A stretch of 64,000 nt of DNA from Pseudomonadota bacterium. Its GTDB lineage: Bacteria; Pseudomonadota; Gammaproteobacteria; Burkholderiales; Burkholderiaceae_C. The DNA lies in assembly GCA_041192445.1 (NCBI GenBank), contig JBEEMW010000070.1, positions 21,365 to 85,364 of the forward strand. Direction: 5' to 3'. The notes beneath the pieces are model-generated. The model saw nothing but the letters and a program-made list of their open reading frames with translations, searched no databases and was not told the origin of the DNA. Of the stretch, positions 30,287-40,973 are shown piece after piece. Both the position numbers and the translations under genes were made by a program. Every line of letters starts with the position of its first letter. Position 1 is the stretch's first letter.

Positions 30287-30958
30287 ATGCAAAAATTTAC
30301 TGTGCACAAGGGCCTTGTGGCCCCCATGGATCGGGAAAACGTGGATACCGATGCCATCATTCCCAAGCAATTTCTGAAGTCCATTCGCAAGACTGGCTTT
30401 GGAGAAAATCTGTTTGACGCCTGGCGTTACCTGGATCCAGGTTATCCCGGGCAAGACCCCGCCAGCCGCAAACCCAATCCCGACTTTGTGCTGAACCAGC
30501 CCCGGTATCAACCAGGCCCCTCGGGCAGCCCGGGTGCTTCCATCCTGCTGGCGCGCAAGAACTTCGGTTGTGGGTCGTCACGCGAACACGCCCCGTGGGC
30601 ATTGGACCAATATGGCTTCAGGGCCATCATTGCCCCCAGTTACGCCGACATCTTCTTCAATAACAGCTTCAAAAACGGCTTGCTGCCCATCGTGTTGAGT
30701 GAGACGCAGGTTGCACAACTGTTTGACGACGCTCTGGCATTCCCCGGCTACCAGCTCACGGTCGATCTGGAGCGGCAGGTTATCGTCAAGCCGCAGGGAG
30801 AAGAACTGCGGTTCGAGGTCGAGCCATTTCGCAAGTTTTGCCTTCTCAATGGCTTTGATGACATTGGTCTGACCTTGCGTCAGTCGGACAAAATCAAGGC
30901 TTTTGAGGCCGCTCGTCTGGCGACCAAGCCCTGGCTCGCCAACACTCTGGCACCTTGA
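30287..30958 (+). CDS. leuD: 3-isopropylmalate dehydratase small subunit
   Basis: [31 protein letters not shown]...[15 protein letters not shown]. Confidence 0.95.
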   Translation: MQKFTVHKGLVAPMDRENVDTDAIIPKQFLKSIRKTGFGENLFDAWRYLDPGYPGQDPASRKPNPDFVLNQPRYQPGPSGSPGASILLARKNFGCGSSREHAPWALDQYGFRAIIAPSYADIFFNNSFKNGLLPIVLSETQVAQLFDDALAFPGYQLTVDLERQVIVKPQGEELRFEVEPFRKFCLLNGFDDIGLTLRQSDKIKAFEAARLATKPWLANTLAP

Positions 30959-30972
30959 TCATTTTATTGAAC

Positions 30973-31028
30973 AAATTGGCTTACAGCCCCCGTGAAACGG
31001 GCGTTAGTAGCTATAAATAACATAGCAA
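30973..31028 (-). repeat. 55-bp dispersed repeat filling the leuD-leuB spacer
   Basis: The reverse complement ttgctatgttatttatagctactaacgcccgtttcacgggggctgtaagccaattt matches the 49315 copy at 38/56 ungapped positions. Confidence 0.85.
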
Positions 31029-31030
31029 AT

Positions 31031-32098
31031 ATGAAAATCGCAGTTTTGCCAGGTGACGGCATTGGTACCGAAATTGTGGCCGAGGCAGTCAAGGTTCTGC
31101 AGGCACTTGATCTTCAGTTTGAGATGGAAACCGCCCTGGTTGGTGGTGCCGCTTATGAGGCGTATGGCCATCCGCTACCCGAAGCCACGCTCAAGCTGGC
31201 CAAAGACGCGGATGCCGTGTTGTTTGGGGCTGTCGGTGACTGGAAATACGACAAACTCGATCGCCCATTGCGTCCGGAGCAGGCCATTCTGGGTCTTCGC
31301 AAGAACCTGGGCCTGTTCGCCAACTTCCGGCCGGCCATTTGTTATGAGCAGCTCGTCGATGCTTCCAGCCTCAAGCCCGAGCTGATCTCCGGACTCGACA
31401 TCCTGATCATCCGCGAGTTGACCGGGGATATCTATTTTGGCCAGCCACGCGGCCGCCGCACAGCGGTGGATGGGCACTTTCCCGGTGCCGAAGAAGCTTT
31501 TGACACCATGCGCTACAGCCGCCCCGAAATTGAGCGGATCGCCCACGTTGCTTTTCAAGCCGCGCGCAAGCGCAGCAAGCGATTGACCAGCGTGGACAAG
31601 GCCAACGTGCTGGAGACCTTCCAGTTCTGGAAAGACGTGGTCACCGAGGTCGGCCAGCAATACCCTGACGTCGCGCTCGACCACATGTATGTAGACAACG
31701 CTGCGATGCAGTTGGTGAAGGCGCCCAAGAAATTCGATGTTGTGGTCACCGGCAACATGTTTGGTGACATTCTGAGTGATGAGGCCGCCATGCTGACAGG
31801 CTCAATCGGCATGTTGCCGTCAGCCAGCCTGAACGCCAACAACCAGGGTCTGTACGAACCCAGTCACGGGAGCGCACCCGATATCGCCGGCAAAGGTATC
31901 GCCAACCCGCTGGCCACCATTTTGAGTGCCGCCATGATGCTGCGCTTCAGCCTGAACCAGGCGTCATCCGCCGACCGCATTGAAGACGCGGTCAAACGTG
32001 TTTTGACACAAGGACTGCGTACGGCCGACATCCATAGCGAAGGCACCCGCAAAGTCAGCACCCGTGAAATGGGTGAGGCAGTTGTCAGGGCGCTGTAA
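31031..32098 (+). CDS. leuB: 3-isopropylmalate dehydrogenase
   Basis: [16 protein letters not shown]...LFGAVG...NLRP...DIYFG...[29 protein letters not shown] at 31031. Confidence 0.96.
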   Translation: MKIAVLPGDGIGTEIVAEAVKVLQALDLQFEMETALVGGAAYEAYGHPLPEATLKLAKDADAVLFGAVGDWKYDKLDRPLRPEQAILGLRKNLGLFANFRPAICYEQLVDASSLKPELISGLDILIIRELTGDIYFGQPRGRRTAVDGHFPGAEEAFDTMRYSRPEIERIAHVAFQAARKRSKRLTSVDKANVLETFQFWKDVVTEVGQQYPDVALDHMYVDNAAMQLVKAPKKFDVVVTGNMFGDILSDEAAMLTGSIGMLPSASLNANNQGLYEPSHGSAPDIAGKGIANPLATILSAAMMLRFSLNQASSADRIEDAVKRVLTQGLRTADIHSEGTRKVSTREMGEAVVRAL

Positions 32099-32311
32099 CC
32101 ACGTCGTTTACAATCAAATGGTGCAACGCAACCTGACTATTTCTACCCAAGTCCATGCCTCACAGGCAGGAATGGGTTTGAACACGTTCGCGTTTTCCAC
32201 CAAAACGACAACCATTAAAGGCTGACACAGCCCGGTTCGTCGCGCCCCACCGGCCAGACGAGCCGGGCAACTGAAATCCTTTGTATTTCCAGTTTAAAAA
32301 GGGGTAATGAC

Positions 32312-33448
32312 ATGAAAGTTGGTAACGTAGTAGGGCTTGTAGGCTGGCGTGGCATGGTCGGCTCGGTGTTGATGGACCGCATGCAAACCGAGGGCGACTT
32401 CGGCTTGATTGAGCCTGTGTTTTTCTCCACCTCCAACGCCGGCGGCAAAGCCCCGGCTCAAGCCAAAAACGAGACCACGCTCAAAGACGCGATGGACATT
32501 GCCGCGCTGAAGCAGTGCGACATCATCATCACGGCCCAGGGTGGCGACTACACCGCAGAGATATTCCCCAAGTTACGGGCTGCCGGCTGGACGGGCCACT
32601 GGATTGATGCAGCATCCACCCTGAGAATGGATGACAGCGCCGTCATCATTCTGGACCCCGTCAATTTACCGGTGATCCAGAACGCCCTGTCCAAAGGCGG
32701 CCGTAACTGGGTCGGCGGCAATTGCACGGTAAGTTGCATGCTGATGGGTGTGGGCGCCCTCTACAAGGCAGGTCTGGTCGAATGGATGACAACCATGACC
32801 TATCAAGCCGCGTCCGGCGGCGGTGCCCAGCACATGCGCGAACTGCTCAACCAGTTTGGCAGCCTGAACGCCGCGGTCAAACCCCTGCTGGACGATCCCA
32901 AATCAGCCATCCTGGAAATTGATCGGCAGGTTCTGGCCCGGCAACAATCCCTGTCCGCGCTGGAGACGGCAAATTTCGGCGCACCACTTGGCGGCAGCCT
33001 GATCCCCTGGATTGACAAGGACCTGGGCAACGGCATGAGCAAGGAAGAATGGAAGGGCGGCGCTGAAACCAACAAAATTCTGGGTCTGGGCGCAGGCGAC
33101 GCTATCGACACCATACCAGTAGACGGTTTCTGCGTGCGGGTGGGTGCCATGCGCTGCCACAGCCAGGCCTTGACCTTCAAGCTCAAGAAAGACGTTCCGG
33201 TGGCCGATATAGAAGCCATGATCGCAGCCGACAACGCATGGGTGAAAGTCGTACCCAACACCAAGGAAGCCACCCTGGCGGATTTGACCCCCGTCGCCGT
33301 CACCGGCACGATGACCATTCCTGTGGGTCGCATTCGCAAGCTGGCGATGGGTCCGGACTATGTTGGTGCGTTCACAATCGGTGACCAGTTGCTGTGGGGT
33401 GCTGCAGAGCCTCTGCGCCGCATGTTGCGCATCCTGCTCGGTGCCTGA
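32312..33448 (+). CDS. asd: Aspartate-semialdehyde dehydrogenase
   Basis: [24 protein letters not shown]...GGNCTVS (active-site Cys)...; SD AGGGG upstream. Confidence 0.95.
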   Translation: MKVGNVVGLVGWRGMVGSVLMDRMQTEGDFGLIEPVFFSTSNAGGKAPAQAKNETTLKDAMDIAALKQCDIIITAQGGDYTAEIFPKLRAAGWTGHWIDAASTLRMDDSAVIILDPVNLPVIQNALSKGGRNWVGGNCTVSCMLMGVGALYKAGLVEWMTTMTYQAASGGGAQHMRELLNQFGSLNAAVKPLLDDPKSAILEIDRQVLARQQSLSALETANFGAPLGGSLIPWIDKDLGNGMSKEEWKGGAETNKILGLGAGDAIDTIPVDGFCVRVGAMRCHSQALTFKLKKDVPVADIEAMIAADNAWVKVVPNTKEATLADLTPVAVTGTMTIPVGRIRKLAMGPDYVGAFTIGDQLLWGAAEPLRRMLRILLGA

Positions 33449-33673
33449 CCCTCAACGCATGATGCCTGACGCCAACTGGAGATCCAACGCCAACACCTGG
33501 TTAGCCACAGGCCAGGCGTTGTCGATTGACAACAGCGAAACGCCTCCTTGCGCCCCTTGGTCAATATGCCTTCAAAGTTAGAAGCTTTCTGAGCTTGTCA
33601 GGCTAACATATTGATGTTAAGGTACTTTTTACGTTTTGAGTGTCGAGGCGTTTGCTCGTGTAATGAGAAATAA

Positions 33674-36298
33674 TTGCCAGTCGCCCGAACATCGGAGGCT
33701 AATAAATTGATCGCTAAGTCACATCACTGGCAGAGGACCGCCATAGCAGCGGCTGCCGCAGCATTATTGGGTTTGTGGGGCACCGGGGCGCTTGCGCTGT
33801 CTCTTGGTCGCATCAGTGTTCTGTCGGCCTTGGGCGAGCCCCTGCGTGCCGAAGTCGATGTACCCGACATCAATGCCGAGGAAGCGGGTTCTTTAAAAAC
33901 CACCGTGGCGTCCCCCGATGCATTCCGGGCAGCAGGCATGGATTACAACGCCGCGATGGCTTCCGTGCAGATCACGCTTCAAAAGCGCGCGGATGGGCGC
34001 TCCTTTCTGCGATTGAGCAGTGACAAACCCGTCACCGAGCCGTTCGTGGACCTGATTCTCGAAGCCAGCTGGGCCACCGGACGGGTCGTTCGGGACTACA
34101 CGATGCTGTTCGATCCCGCCAGCATGCGCCAACCTGCCCTGGTTGTGCCCACGGCTCCCCAGATTTCTGCCGGAACTCAGGCTCCCGCTGCACCACTGCC
34201 CGCAGTTGGTGCGACCAATGTGCCCCGAGCAATTGCGCCAGTTGCCGTAAAAAAGACACCCGCGCCTGCCAGGGCTGAAACGGTTTCAGCGCCAGGTCCT
34301 GCAGATGGCAACAAAAGTGTGACAGTCAAGTCGGGCGACACAGCCAGCAAGATTGCCGCTAATACCAAACCAGCCAGCGTCTCGCTGGATCAGATGCTGG
34401 TTGCCTTGTTGCGCGCCAACCCCGAGGCTTTCGTTGACGGCAACATGAACCGGATCAAGGCCGGTGCGGTGGTGAATGTGCCGGGTACCGAACAGATTAA
34501 GGCAGTCACGCCCGAATCAGCGTCCCAGACCGTGTTGGCGCAAAGCAAAGACTTCAACGATTTCAGAAGAAAACTGGCTACCAATGCCCCCGCAGCCCAG
34601 GTTGGCCAGGCCGACCGCCAGTCTGGTGGCTCGGTGCAGGCCAAGGTAGAAGACAAAAAACCGGCCGCAAATGTTCCGGACAAATTAACCCTGTCCAAAG
34701 GTGGCGTGCAAGCCAAAGCAACTGAAGCGATGGTTGCCAAAGAGCGCGCAGAAAAGGAAGCGGCCGAACGGGCTGCCGAATTGTCGAAAAATATCAAGGA
34801 ATTAAGCAAACTGGGCGCCGCTTCGAGTGCTGTCGCACCTTCCCCGGCAACCAGCGCCGCCAAGGCCGCAGCAGACGCTGCGCCCAAAGTGGCGGCAGCA
34901 GCCCCTGCAGCAGTCGCCGTTCCACCGGTAACGCCGTCCCCTGCCCCAGCAACAACCCCAGCAACTGCGGCCAGCGTCCCTGAGCCTGCTGCCAAAGCAC
35001 CTCCAGCACCAGTCGTCAAAGCGCCGGTGGTGGTGCCTGCCTCACCGACCGAGCCCGGTTTGATTGACCAGTTGCTTGAGAACCCGCTTGTGCCGGCTGG
35101 TGCGGGTGGTTTGATCGCCTTGTTGGCAGGCTTTGGGTTCTACCGCGCTCGCCAGCGCAAGAACGTTTCGCAAGTGGACAGCGCGTACCTGGAAAGCCGG
35201 CTTCAGCCCGACTCGTTCTTTGGTGCAAGCGGTGGGCAGCGTGTGGACACCAAAGACGGTGGCCTGACCGGATCATCCATGGTGTATTCACCAAGCCAGC
35301 TGGAGGCCGCCGATGACGTCGATCCCGTGGCAGAAGCGGATGTTTACCTTGCTTACGGCCGCGATTTGCAGGCCGAAGAGATTTTGAAAGAGGCTTTGCG
35401 GACGAACTCGGGACGCATTGCAATTCACCAAAAACTGCTTGAAATCTACGCCAAGCGTCAGGACCTCAAAGGTTTTGAGACCATCGCCAGCCAGGCGCAC
35501 AAGCTCACCGAAGGTGAAGGTCCGGCCTGGGAGCGTATCAGTGAGCTCGGGCTCAGCCTGGATCCCGCAAATGAGTTGTATCAAGCCGGTGGCGAACCCT
35601 CACCGGTTGGCAACCTGTCTCGCCCGATCCCCTTCGAGAGCCCTAGCAGCTTTACCAATAGTCCCGATACCCAACCCCTCACCATTCACCCAACTCAAAT
35701 TGGCGGTCCGGTAGACCTGGATCTGGATCTGGACTTCTCCCTGGACGACGTGGCACCCAGTGCCATCACTGAGACAACCAGTACGCGCAATCAGTTTGCC
35801 GCTGCACCCGCAATGGCGATGCCCAGTCTGGATTTATCCCTGCCCGGCGAGCGGCACGAAGCGGTCACCCATCCACCGGCCAGCCATGATTTGCCTGCCA
35901 TTCACTTCGATCTGCCGGACCTCGATCTCGAATCTCCTGAAAGCCCAGTCTCCCATGGGAACGCCGAGTTGGCGCGGCAGGCCAAAACCAGTTTTGGCAC
36001 TACCGAGCCAGCACCTCTGAATACACCCATTGCCAGAGAAGCCTCGCAGACCGGGCCCGGCCTGCTGGAGTTTGACATGGGGTCCCTGTCGCTTGACCTG
36101 GACGATTCGACTGAAGGAACTTCGGCAACGCCGTCATTGGAAAATGAAGATCCTCTGGCAACCAAGCTGGCCCTGGCTGAAGAGTTTGTGGCGATTGGTG
36201 ACAGTGACGGCGCCCGGTCCCTGATCGAAGAAGTGATTGCTGAGGCCTCGGGTGATGTCAAATCCCGCGCGCAACACGCTTTAAGCCAGTTGAACTGA
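33674..36298 (+). CDS. fimV: FimV/HubP-family polar landmark protein (LysM, Ala/Pro-rich linker, TM, acidic region, FimV C-terminal motif)
   Basis: LGRISVLSALGEPLRAEVDV N-terminal FimV motif, LysM-like VTVKSGDTASKIA, a TM segment LIALLAGFGFY, and the C-terminal DPLATKLALAEEFVAIGDSDGARSLIEEV. The start codon is uncertain; the track uses the TTG at 33674. Confidence 0.85.
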   Translation: MPVARTSEANKLIAKSHHWQRTAIAAAAAALLGLWGTGALALSLGRISVLSALGEPLRAEVDVPDINAEEAGSLKTTVASPDAFRAAGMDYNAAMASVQITLQKRADGRSFLRLSSDKPVTEPFVDLILEASWATGRVVRDYTMLFDPASMRQPALVVPTAPQISAGTQAPAAPLPAVGATNVPRAIAPVAVKKTPAPARAETVSAPGPADGNKSVTVKSGDTASKIAANTKPASVSLDQMLVALLRANPEAFVDGNMNRIKAGAVVNVPGTEQIKAVTPESASQTVLAQSKDFNDFRRKLATNAPAAQVGQADRQSGGSVQAKVEDKKPAANVPDKLTLSKGGVQAKATEAMVAKERAEKEAAERAAELSKNIKELSKLGAASSAVAPSPATSAAKAAADAAPKVAAAAPAAVAVPPVTPSPAPATTPATAASVPEPAAKAPPAPVVKAPVVVPASPTEPGLIDQLLENPLVPAGAGGLIALLAGFGFYRARQRKNVSQVDSAYLESRLQPDSFFGASGGQRVDTKDGGLTGSSMVYSPSQLEAADDVDPVAEADVYLAYGRDLQAEEILKEALRTNSGRIAIHQKLLEIYAKRQDLKGFETIASQAHKLTEGEGPAWERISELGLSLDPANELYQAGGEPSPVGNLSRPIPFESPSSFTNSPDTQPLTIHPTQIGGPVDLDLDLDFSLDDVAPSAITETTSTRNQFAAAPAMAMPSLDLSLPGERHEAVTHPPASHDLPAIHFDLPDLDLESPESPVSHGNAELARQAKTSFGTTEPAPLNTPIAREASQTGPGLLEFDMGSLSLDLDDSTEGTSATPSLENEDPLATKLALAEEFVAIGDSDGARSLIEEVIAEASGDVKSRAQHALSQLN

Positions 36299-36332
36299 AC
36301 GCGTTCAGTCACTTCCAATAACCTGATTTTCC

Positions 36333-37118
36333 GTGAGGCTGGCGCTAGGCATTAGCTACAACGGTCAGGCTTACCAGGGCTGGCAAAGTCAGCTGTCCGG
36401 TTTGACCGTTCAGGACAAGCTTGAAGCGGCGCTGGGCAAATTCACCGGTGTGCCACGCGTGTCCACTTTGTGCGCCGGCCGTACGGATGCCGGTGTGCAC
36501 GGCCTGATGCAAGTCATCCATTTCGACACGGATCTGGTGCGCGACACCAACGCCTGGGTGCGCGGTACCAATGCCCATTTGCCCCGCGACATTGCCGTGC
36601 AGTGGGCGCATGAAGTTCCCAGAGAATTTCACTGCCGCGCCAGTGCTGTGTCCCGTCGTTACGCCTATATTTTGCTGGACTCGCCGGTGCGCCCCAGTGT
36701 GGATGCGGGCCGGGTCGGCTGGGTGTTTAAAACACTAGACTTGCACACGATGCAACAGGCGGCCAGCCATCTAATTGGGGAGCACGACTTTTCGTCGTTT
36801 CGCGCCTCGGCGTGCCAGGCACTTTCACCCGTGAAGAACCTGCTTCACATCAGCATCACGCAGCGCGGAGCCTATTGGCGCTTTGAATTCGAGGCGAATG
36901 CCTTCCTGCACCACATGATTCGCAACATCATGGGCTGCCTGGTCGCCATAGGCCAGGGCAAATACCCGCCGCAATGGATTCTGGACGTGCTCGCCGCGCG
37001 AGACCGCGATGCCGCCGCTCCGACCTTTTCACCAGACGGTTTGTACTTTCTGGGCCCGCGCTACGAAGCCCATTGGGGTTTACCGGACCGCACGCCTGCG
37101 TATGATGGGCTGCCATGA
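36333..37118 (+). CDS. truA: tRNA pseudouridine(38-40) synthase
   Basis: RLALGISYNGQAYQGWQ...CAGRTDAGVHG (catalytic Asp motif). GTG start at 36333. Confidence 0.93.
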   Translation: MRLALGISYNGQAYQGWQSQLSGLTVQDKLEAALGKFTGVPRVSTLCAGRTDAGVHGLMQVIHFDTDLVRDTNAWVRGTNAHLPRDIAVQWAHEVPREFHCRASAVSRRYAYILLDSPVRPSVDAGRVGWVFKTLDLHTMQQAASHLIGEHDFSSFRASACQALSPVKNLLHISITQRGAYWRFEFEANAFLHHMIRNIMGCLVAIGQGKYPPQWILDVLAARDRDAAAPTFSPDGLYFLGPRYEAHWGLPDRTPAYDGLP

Positions 37119-37834
37119 ACACGACGCCTTTAAAAGCCCAACGCACCCGAATCAAGATTTGCGGATTGACCCGTGAACAGGACGTGGATGCGGCTGTGGC
37201 CGCCGGGGCGGATGCGGTCGGTTTTGTGCTCTATGACAAAAGCCCGCGCTACGTCCCCATCGAGCGGGCGGCTGAACTGGCCCGCCGACTGCCACCTTTC
37301 GTCACCCCCGTGTTGCTGTTCGTTAACGAGACTGCTATTAAAATAATAGCTGCTTGTGCACATATTCCGGGGGCTACAACCCAATTTCATGGTGATGAAA
37401 CACCTGAACAGTGCCAGGAGGCCACCCTGCAAGGCACCCGCGCCTACCTGCGTGCGGCGCGCATTCCGCTGGGGGATGGCGCTGCCAGCTTTGACCTCGT
37501 AAAATACGCACAAGATTACTCAAACGCCCAGGCCATATTGCTCGACGCACATGTTGAGGGTTATGGCGGCGGCGGCAAGGTTTTTAATTGGTCACTTCTT
37601 CCTCCAAGCGTCAACGTTCACCTCGTCTTGAGTGGTGGGCTGAGTGCTGCAAACGTGGCCGACGGCATTTTGCAGGTGCGGCCGCGTTGTAAAACGCTGG
37701 CCGTAGATGTCAGTTCCGGTGTCGAATCCTCCAAGGGGATCAAGGACATCGACAAAATCAACCGCTTCGTCGCTGCCGTTCGCGCAGCCGACAGGCAATT
37801 CGAAAACCTTGCGGGACAGACCAAGACGCCATGA
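37115..37834 (+). CDS. trpF: Phosphoribosylanthranilate isomerase
   Basis: RIKICGLTREQDVDAAVAAGADAVGFVLYDKSPRYV...QFHGDE...YGGGGKVFNWSLL...LSGGL...AVDVSSGVE. The ATG overlaps the truA stop (ATGA). Confidence 0.93.
   Translation: MNTTPLKAQRTRIKICGLTREQDVDAAVAAGADAVGFVLYDKSPRYVPIERAAELARRLPPFVTPVLLFVNETAIKIIAACAHIPGATTQFHGDETPEQCQEATLQGTRAYLRAARIPLGDGAASFDLVKYAQDYSNAQAILLDAHVEGYGGGGKVFNWSLLPPSVNVHLVLSGGLSAANVADGILQVRPRCKTLAVDVSSGVESSKGIKDIDKINRFVAAVRAADRQFENLAGQTKTP
37334..37387 (+). repeat. 55-bp repeat copy in frame inside trpF
   Basis: gctattaaaataatagctgcttgtgcacatattccgggggctacaacccaattt matches the era-proximal copy at 38/54 ungapped, and the 49315 copy at about 74% with small gaps. It contains a perfect 7-bp inverted repeat, GCTATTA-aaa-TAATAGC, and rare codons (ata ata tgt). 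Confidence 0.8.
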
Positions 37835-37876
37835 GCAACGCGAATGAGTTTGCTCTGTCCTCAACTGATCAAAATC

Positions 37877-39214
37877 ATGAACACCTACCAACAGCCTGAT
37901 GCGTCAGGCCACTTCGGAATTTACGGCGGCAGCTTTGTCTCGGAGACATTGACCCACGCCATCAACGAACTCAAAGCCGCTTACGCCCAGTACCAGAACG
38001 ACCCGGCCTTTATCGCCGAGTTCGAGTCTGAGCTGGCGCATTTTGTCGGCCGCCCCTCCCCGGTCTACCATGCGGCCCGCATGAGCCGCGAAATGGCAGA
38101 CGAAAAAAATGGAGGTAGAGGCCACGGCGCGCAAATCTTCCTCAAACGAGAAGACCTCAACCACACCGGTGCCCACAAGGTCAACAACACCATCGGCCAG
38201 GCCATGTTGGCCAAACGCATGGGCAAGCCGCGCGTGATCGCCGAAACCGGAGCCGGCCAGCACGGCGTAGCCACCGCCACCATCTGCGCCCGCTACGGGC
38301 TGGAATGTGTGGTCTACATGGGCAGCGAAGACGTAAAGCGCCAGAGCCCCAACGTTTATCGCATGAAACTGCTCGGTGCCACCGTGGTGCCCGTGGAGAG
38401 CGGCAGCAAGACGCTGAAAGACGCACTCAACGAGGCCATGCGCGACTGGGTGGCCAATGTGGACAACACTTTCTACATCATCGGCACGGTGGCCGGGCCT
38501 CATCCCTATCCGATGATGGTGCGCGACTTCCAGAGTGTGATTGGCAAGGAATGTCTGGTGCAGATGCCCGAGATGCTCAAAGCCCAGGGCTGCACCAACG
38601 ACCAGCCCGACGCGGTGATTGCCTGTGTCGGTGGCGGCAGCAATGCCATGGGCATCTTCTACCCCTACATCAACCACGCCAACACGCGCCTCATCGGTGT
38701 GGAGGCAGCAGGTGAAGGCCTGGACAGCGGCAAACACTCGGCATCGCTGCAGAAGGGTAGCCCTGGCGTGTTGCATGGCAACCGCACCTATGTGCTACAG
38801 GACGATAACGGCCAGGTGACCGAGACGCACAGCATCAGCGCAGGCCTGGACTACCCTGGTGTCGGCCCCGAGCACGCCTTCCTCAAGGATATTGGCCGGG
38901 CGGAATACGTCGGCATCACCGACAAGGAGGCGCTGGAAGCCTTCCATTACCTGTGTCGTACCGAGGGCATCATCCCCGCGCTCGAGTCCAGCCATGCCGT
39001 GGCCTACGCGATGAAGCTGGCCAAAACCATGCGCACCGACCAGTCAATTCTGGTCAACCTGTCCGGTCGGGGTGACAAGGACATTGGCACGGTAGCCGAC
39101 CTGAGCAACGCCGACTTTTACTGCCGCCCCAGTTGCAAGGGACAAGCCATTAAAGGCGGGGCCATGAACCTGGAGCAACCTGTGCAGGTGATCAAGGCGG
39201 GAGCATCAGCATGA
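37877..39214 (+). CDS. trpB: Tryptophan synthase beta chain
   Basis: [15 protein letters not shown]...[16 protein letters not shown] (PLP Lys)...GGGSNAMG...[11 protein letters not shown] at 37877. The C-terminal extension is unusually long. Confidence 0.95.
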   Translation: MNTYQQPDASGHFGIYGGSFVSETLTHAINELKAAYAQYQNDPAFIAEFESELAHFVGRPSPVYHAARMSREMADEKNGGRGHGAQIFLKREDLNHTGAHKVNNTIGQAMLAKRMGKPRVIAETGAGQHGVATATICARYGLECVVYMGSEDVKRQSPNVYRMKLLGATVVPVESGSKTLKDALNEAMRDWVANVDNTFYIIGTVAGPHPYPMMVRDFQSVIGKECLVQMPEMLKAQGCTNDQPDAVIACVGGGSNAMGIFYPYINHANTRLIGVEAAGEGLDSGKHSASLQKGSPGVLHGNRTYVLQDDNGQVTETHSISAGLDYPGVGPEHAFLKDIGRAEYVGITDKEALEAFHYLCRTEGIIPALESSHAVAYAMKLAKTMRTDQSILVNLSGRGDKDIGTVADLSNADFYCRPSCKGQAIKGGAMNLEQPVQVIKAGASA

Positions 39215-40035
39215 GCCGCATCGCCACAACCCTCGCGACATTGAAGGCACAGGGTCGCAAGGCGCTGATTCCTTTTGTGACCGCCGGTTTCCCGTTTGCC
39301 GACATCACGCCCGAGCTCATGCATGGCATGGCGGCGGCTGGTGCTGACGTGATCGAGCTGGGTGTGCCCTTCTCCGACCCCAGCGCCGATGGCCCGGTGA
39401 TCCAGAAGGCGGGCGACAAGGCTCTGGCCTTTGGCATTGGCCTGGTGCATGTGCTGGAGATGGTGCGTGTGTTTCGCCAAAAGGACGCCACCACGCCGGT
39501 CGTGCTGATGGGCTACGCCAACCCGATTGAGCGCTACAACCAGAAGCACACAACAACGCAATCTGCACAGAGCCCCTTTGTGCGTGACGCAGCCGCGGCG
39601 GGTGTGGACGGTGTGCTGGTGGTGGACTACCCGCCTGAAGAATGCGAGGCCTTCGCGGCAGAACTGAAGGCCGCCAGCCTGGACTTGATCTTCCTGCTCG
39701 CCCCCACCAGTACCGACGCGCGCATGGCACAAATCGCCCGCATTGCTACCGGCTATGTGTACTACGTGTCACTCAAAGGTGTGACCGGTGCAGGCACGCT
39801 GGACACCGCCGCTGTAGAGGCCATGCTGCCCCGCATTCGCCGGTTTGTGAATGTACCGGTTGGCGTGGGCTTTGGCATTCGTGATGCGGCCACGGCCAAA
39901 GCCATAGCCAAAGTTGCTGACGCTGTGGTCATTGGCAGCAAAATCATCCAGTTGATTGATGACCAGCCGCGCGACAAAGTCGTTCAGGCGGCGGGAGATT
40001 TCCTGCGTGGAATCCGGGCCGCTTTGGATTCATAA
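39211..40035 (+). CDS. trpA: Tryptophan synthase alpha chain
   Basis: [12 protein letters not shown]...[18 protein letters not shown]...[13 protein letters not shown]. The ATG overlaps the trpB stop (ATGA). Confidence 0.95.
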   Translation: MSRIATTLATLKAQGRKALIPFVTAGFPFADITPELMHGMAAAGADVIELGVPFSDPSADGPVIQKAGDKALAFGIGLVHVLEMVRVFRQKDATTPVVLMGYANPIERYNQKHTTTQSAQSPFVRDAAAAGVDGVLVVDYPPEECEAFAAELKAASLDLIFLLAPTSTDARMAQIARIATGYVYYVSLKGVTGAGTLDTAAVEAMLPRIRRFVNVPVGVGFGIRDAATAKAIAKVADAVVIGSKIIQLIDDQPRDKVVQAAGDFLRGIRAALDS

Positions 40036-40088
40036 TTCAGCCCTGCCCTGACCCGGCCTTCAACCGATCCGCTTCTGAGGAAAACCCT

Positions 40089-40961
40089 ATGTCCTGGCTC
40101 GAAAAACTGCTTCCCCCGAAAATCCAGCACACCGACCCGGCCGACCGGCGCAGTGTGCCCGAAGGCCTGTGGATCAAATGCCCAAGCTGTGAAACCGTGC
40201 TCTACAAGACCGATCTGGAGCAAAACCAGAACGTTTGCCCCACGTGCAGCCACCACCACCGCATTGGTGCACGCGCCCGCTTGAATGTGTTTCTGGACAA
40301 CGAGGGCCGGTTCGAAATCGGTCAGGAAGTGCTGCCGGTTGATGCCCTGAAGTTCAAGGACAGCCGCAAATACCCCGAGCGCCTCAAGGAAGCCATGGAC
40401 AACACAGGCGAGACTGACGCGCTGGTGGTGATGGGCGGCGCGGTGCACAGCATCAGTGTGGTGGCGGCCTGCTTTGAATTTGAGTTCATGGGCGGCAGCA
40501 TGGGCTCCGTGGTAGGCGAGCGTTTTGTGCGCGGCGTGGAAACCGCTATTGAGCAGAAAGTGCCCTTCATCTGCTTCACCGCCACCGGCGGCGCACGCAT
40601 GCAGGAAGGCCTGCTGTCCCTCATGCAAATGGCCAAAACCAACGCGTCACTGACCAAGCTGGCCAAAAAAGGCCTGCCCTACATCAGTGTGCTGACCGAC
40701 CCCACCATGGGCGGTGTGAGCGCCGGTTTTGCATTCATTGGCGATGTGGTGATTGCGGAACCCAAAGCGCTGATTGGTTTTGCCGGTCCGCGCGTGATCG
40801 AGTCCACCGTGCGTGTGACTTTGCCAGAGGGCTTTCAACGCGCCGAATTCCTGCAGCAAAAAGGCGCGATTGATTTCATCTGTGATCGCCGTGAATTGCG
40901 CAAGACCGTGGCCAGTACGCTGGCCATGCTGCAGCGCCAGCCAGCAGATGCCGTGAGCTGA
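40089..40961 (+). CDS. accD: Acetyl-CoA carboxylase carboxyltransferase beta subunit
   Basis: Zinc ribbon CPSCETVLY...CPTCSHHHR, then [14 protein letters not shown]. Confidence 0.95.
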   Translation: MSWLEKLLPPKIQHTDPADRRSVPEGLWIKCPSCETVLYKTDLEQNQNVCPTCSHHHRIGARARLNVFLDNEGRFEIGQEVLPVDALKFKDSRKYPERLKEAMDNTGETDALVVMGGAVHSISVVAACFEFEFMGGSMGSVVGERFVRGVETAIEQKVPFICFTATGGARMQEGLLSLMQMAKTNASLTKLAKKGLPYISVLTDPTMGGVSAGFAFIGDVVIAEPKALIGFAGPRVIESTVRVTLPEGFQRAEFLQQKGAIDFICDRRELRKTVASTLAMLQRQPADAVS

Positions 40962-40973
40962 CCGGCAACCCGG

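Noticed and set aside
33683-33730. A possible degenerate repeat at the fimV 5' end (gctaataaattgatcgctaagtcacatcac, read as ANKLIAKSHH).
   Set aside because: The match is good for only the first ~18 nt (13/18) and decays afterwards. It mainly adds uncertainty about the true fimV start.
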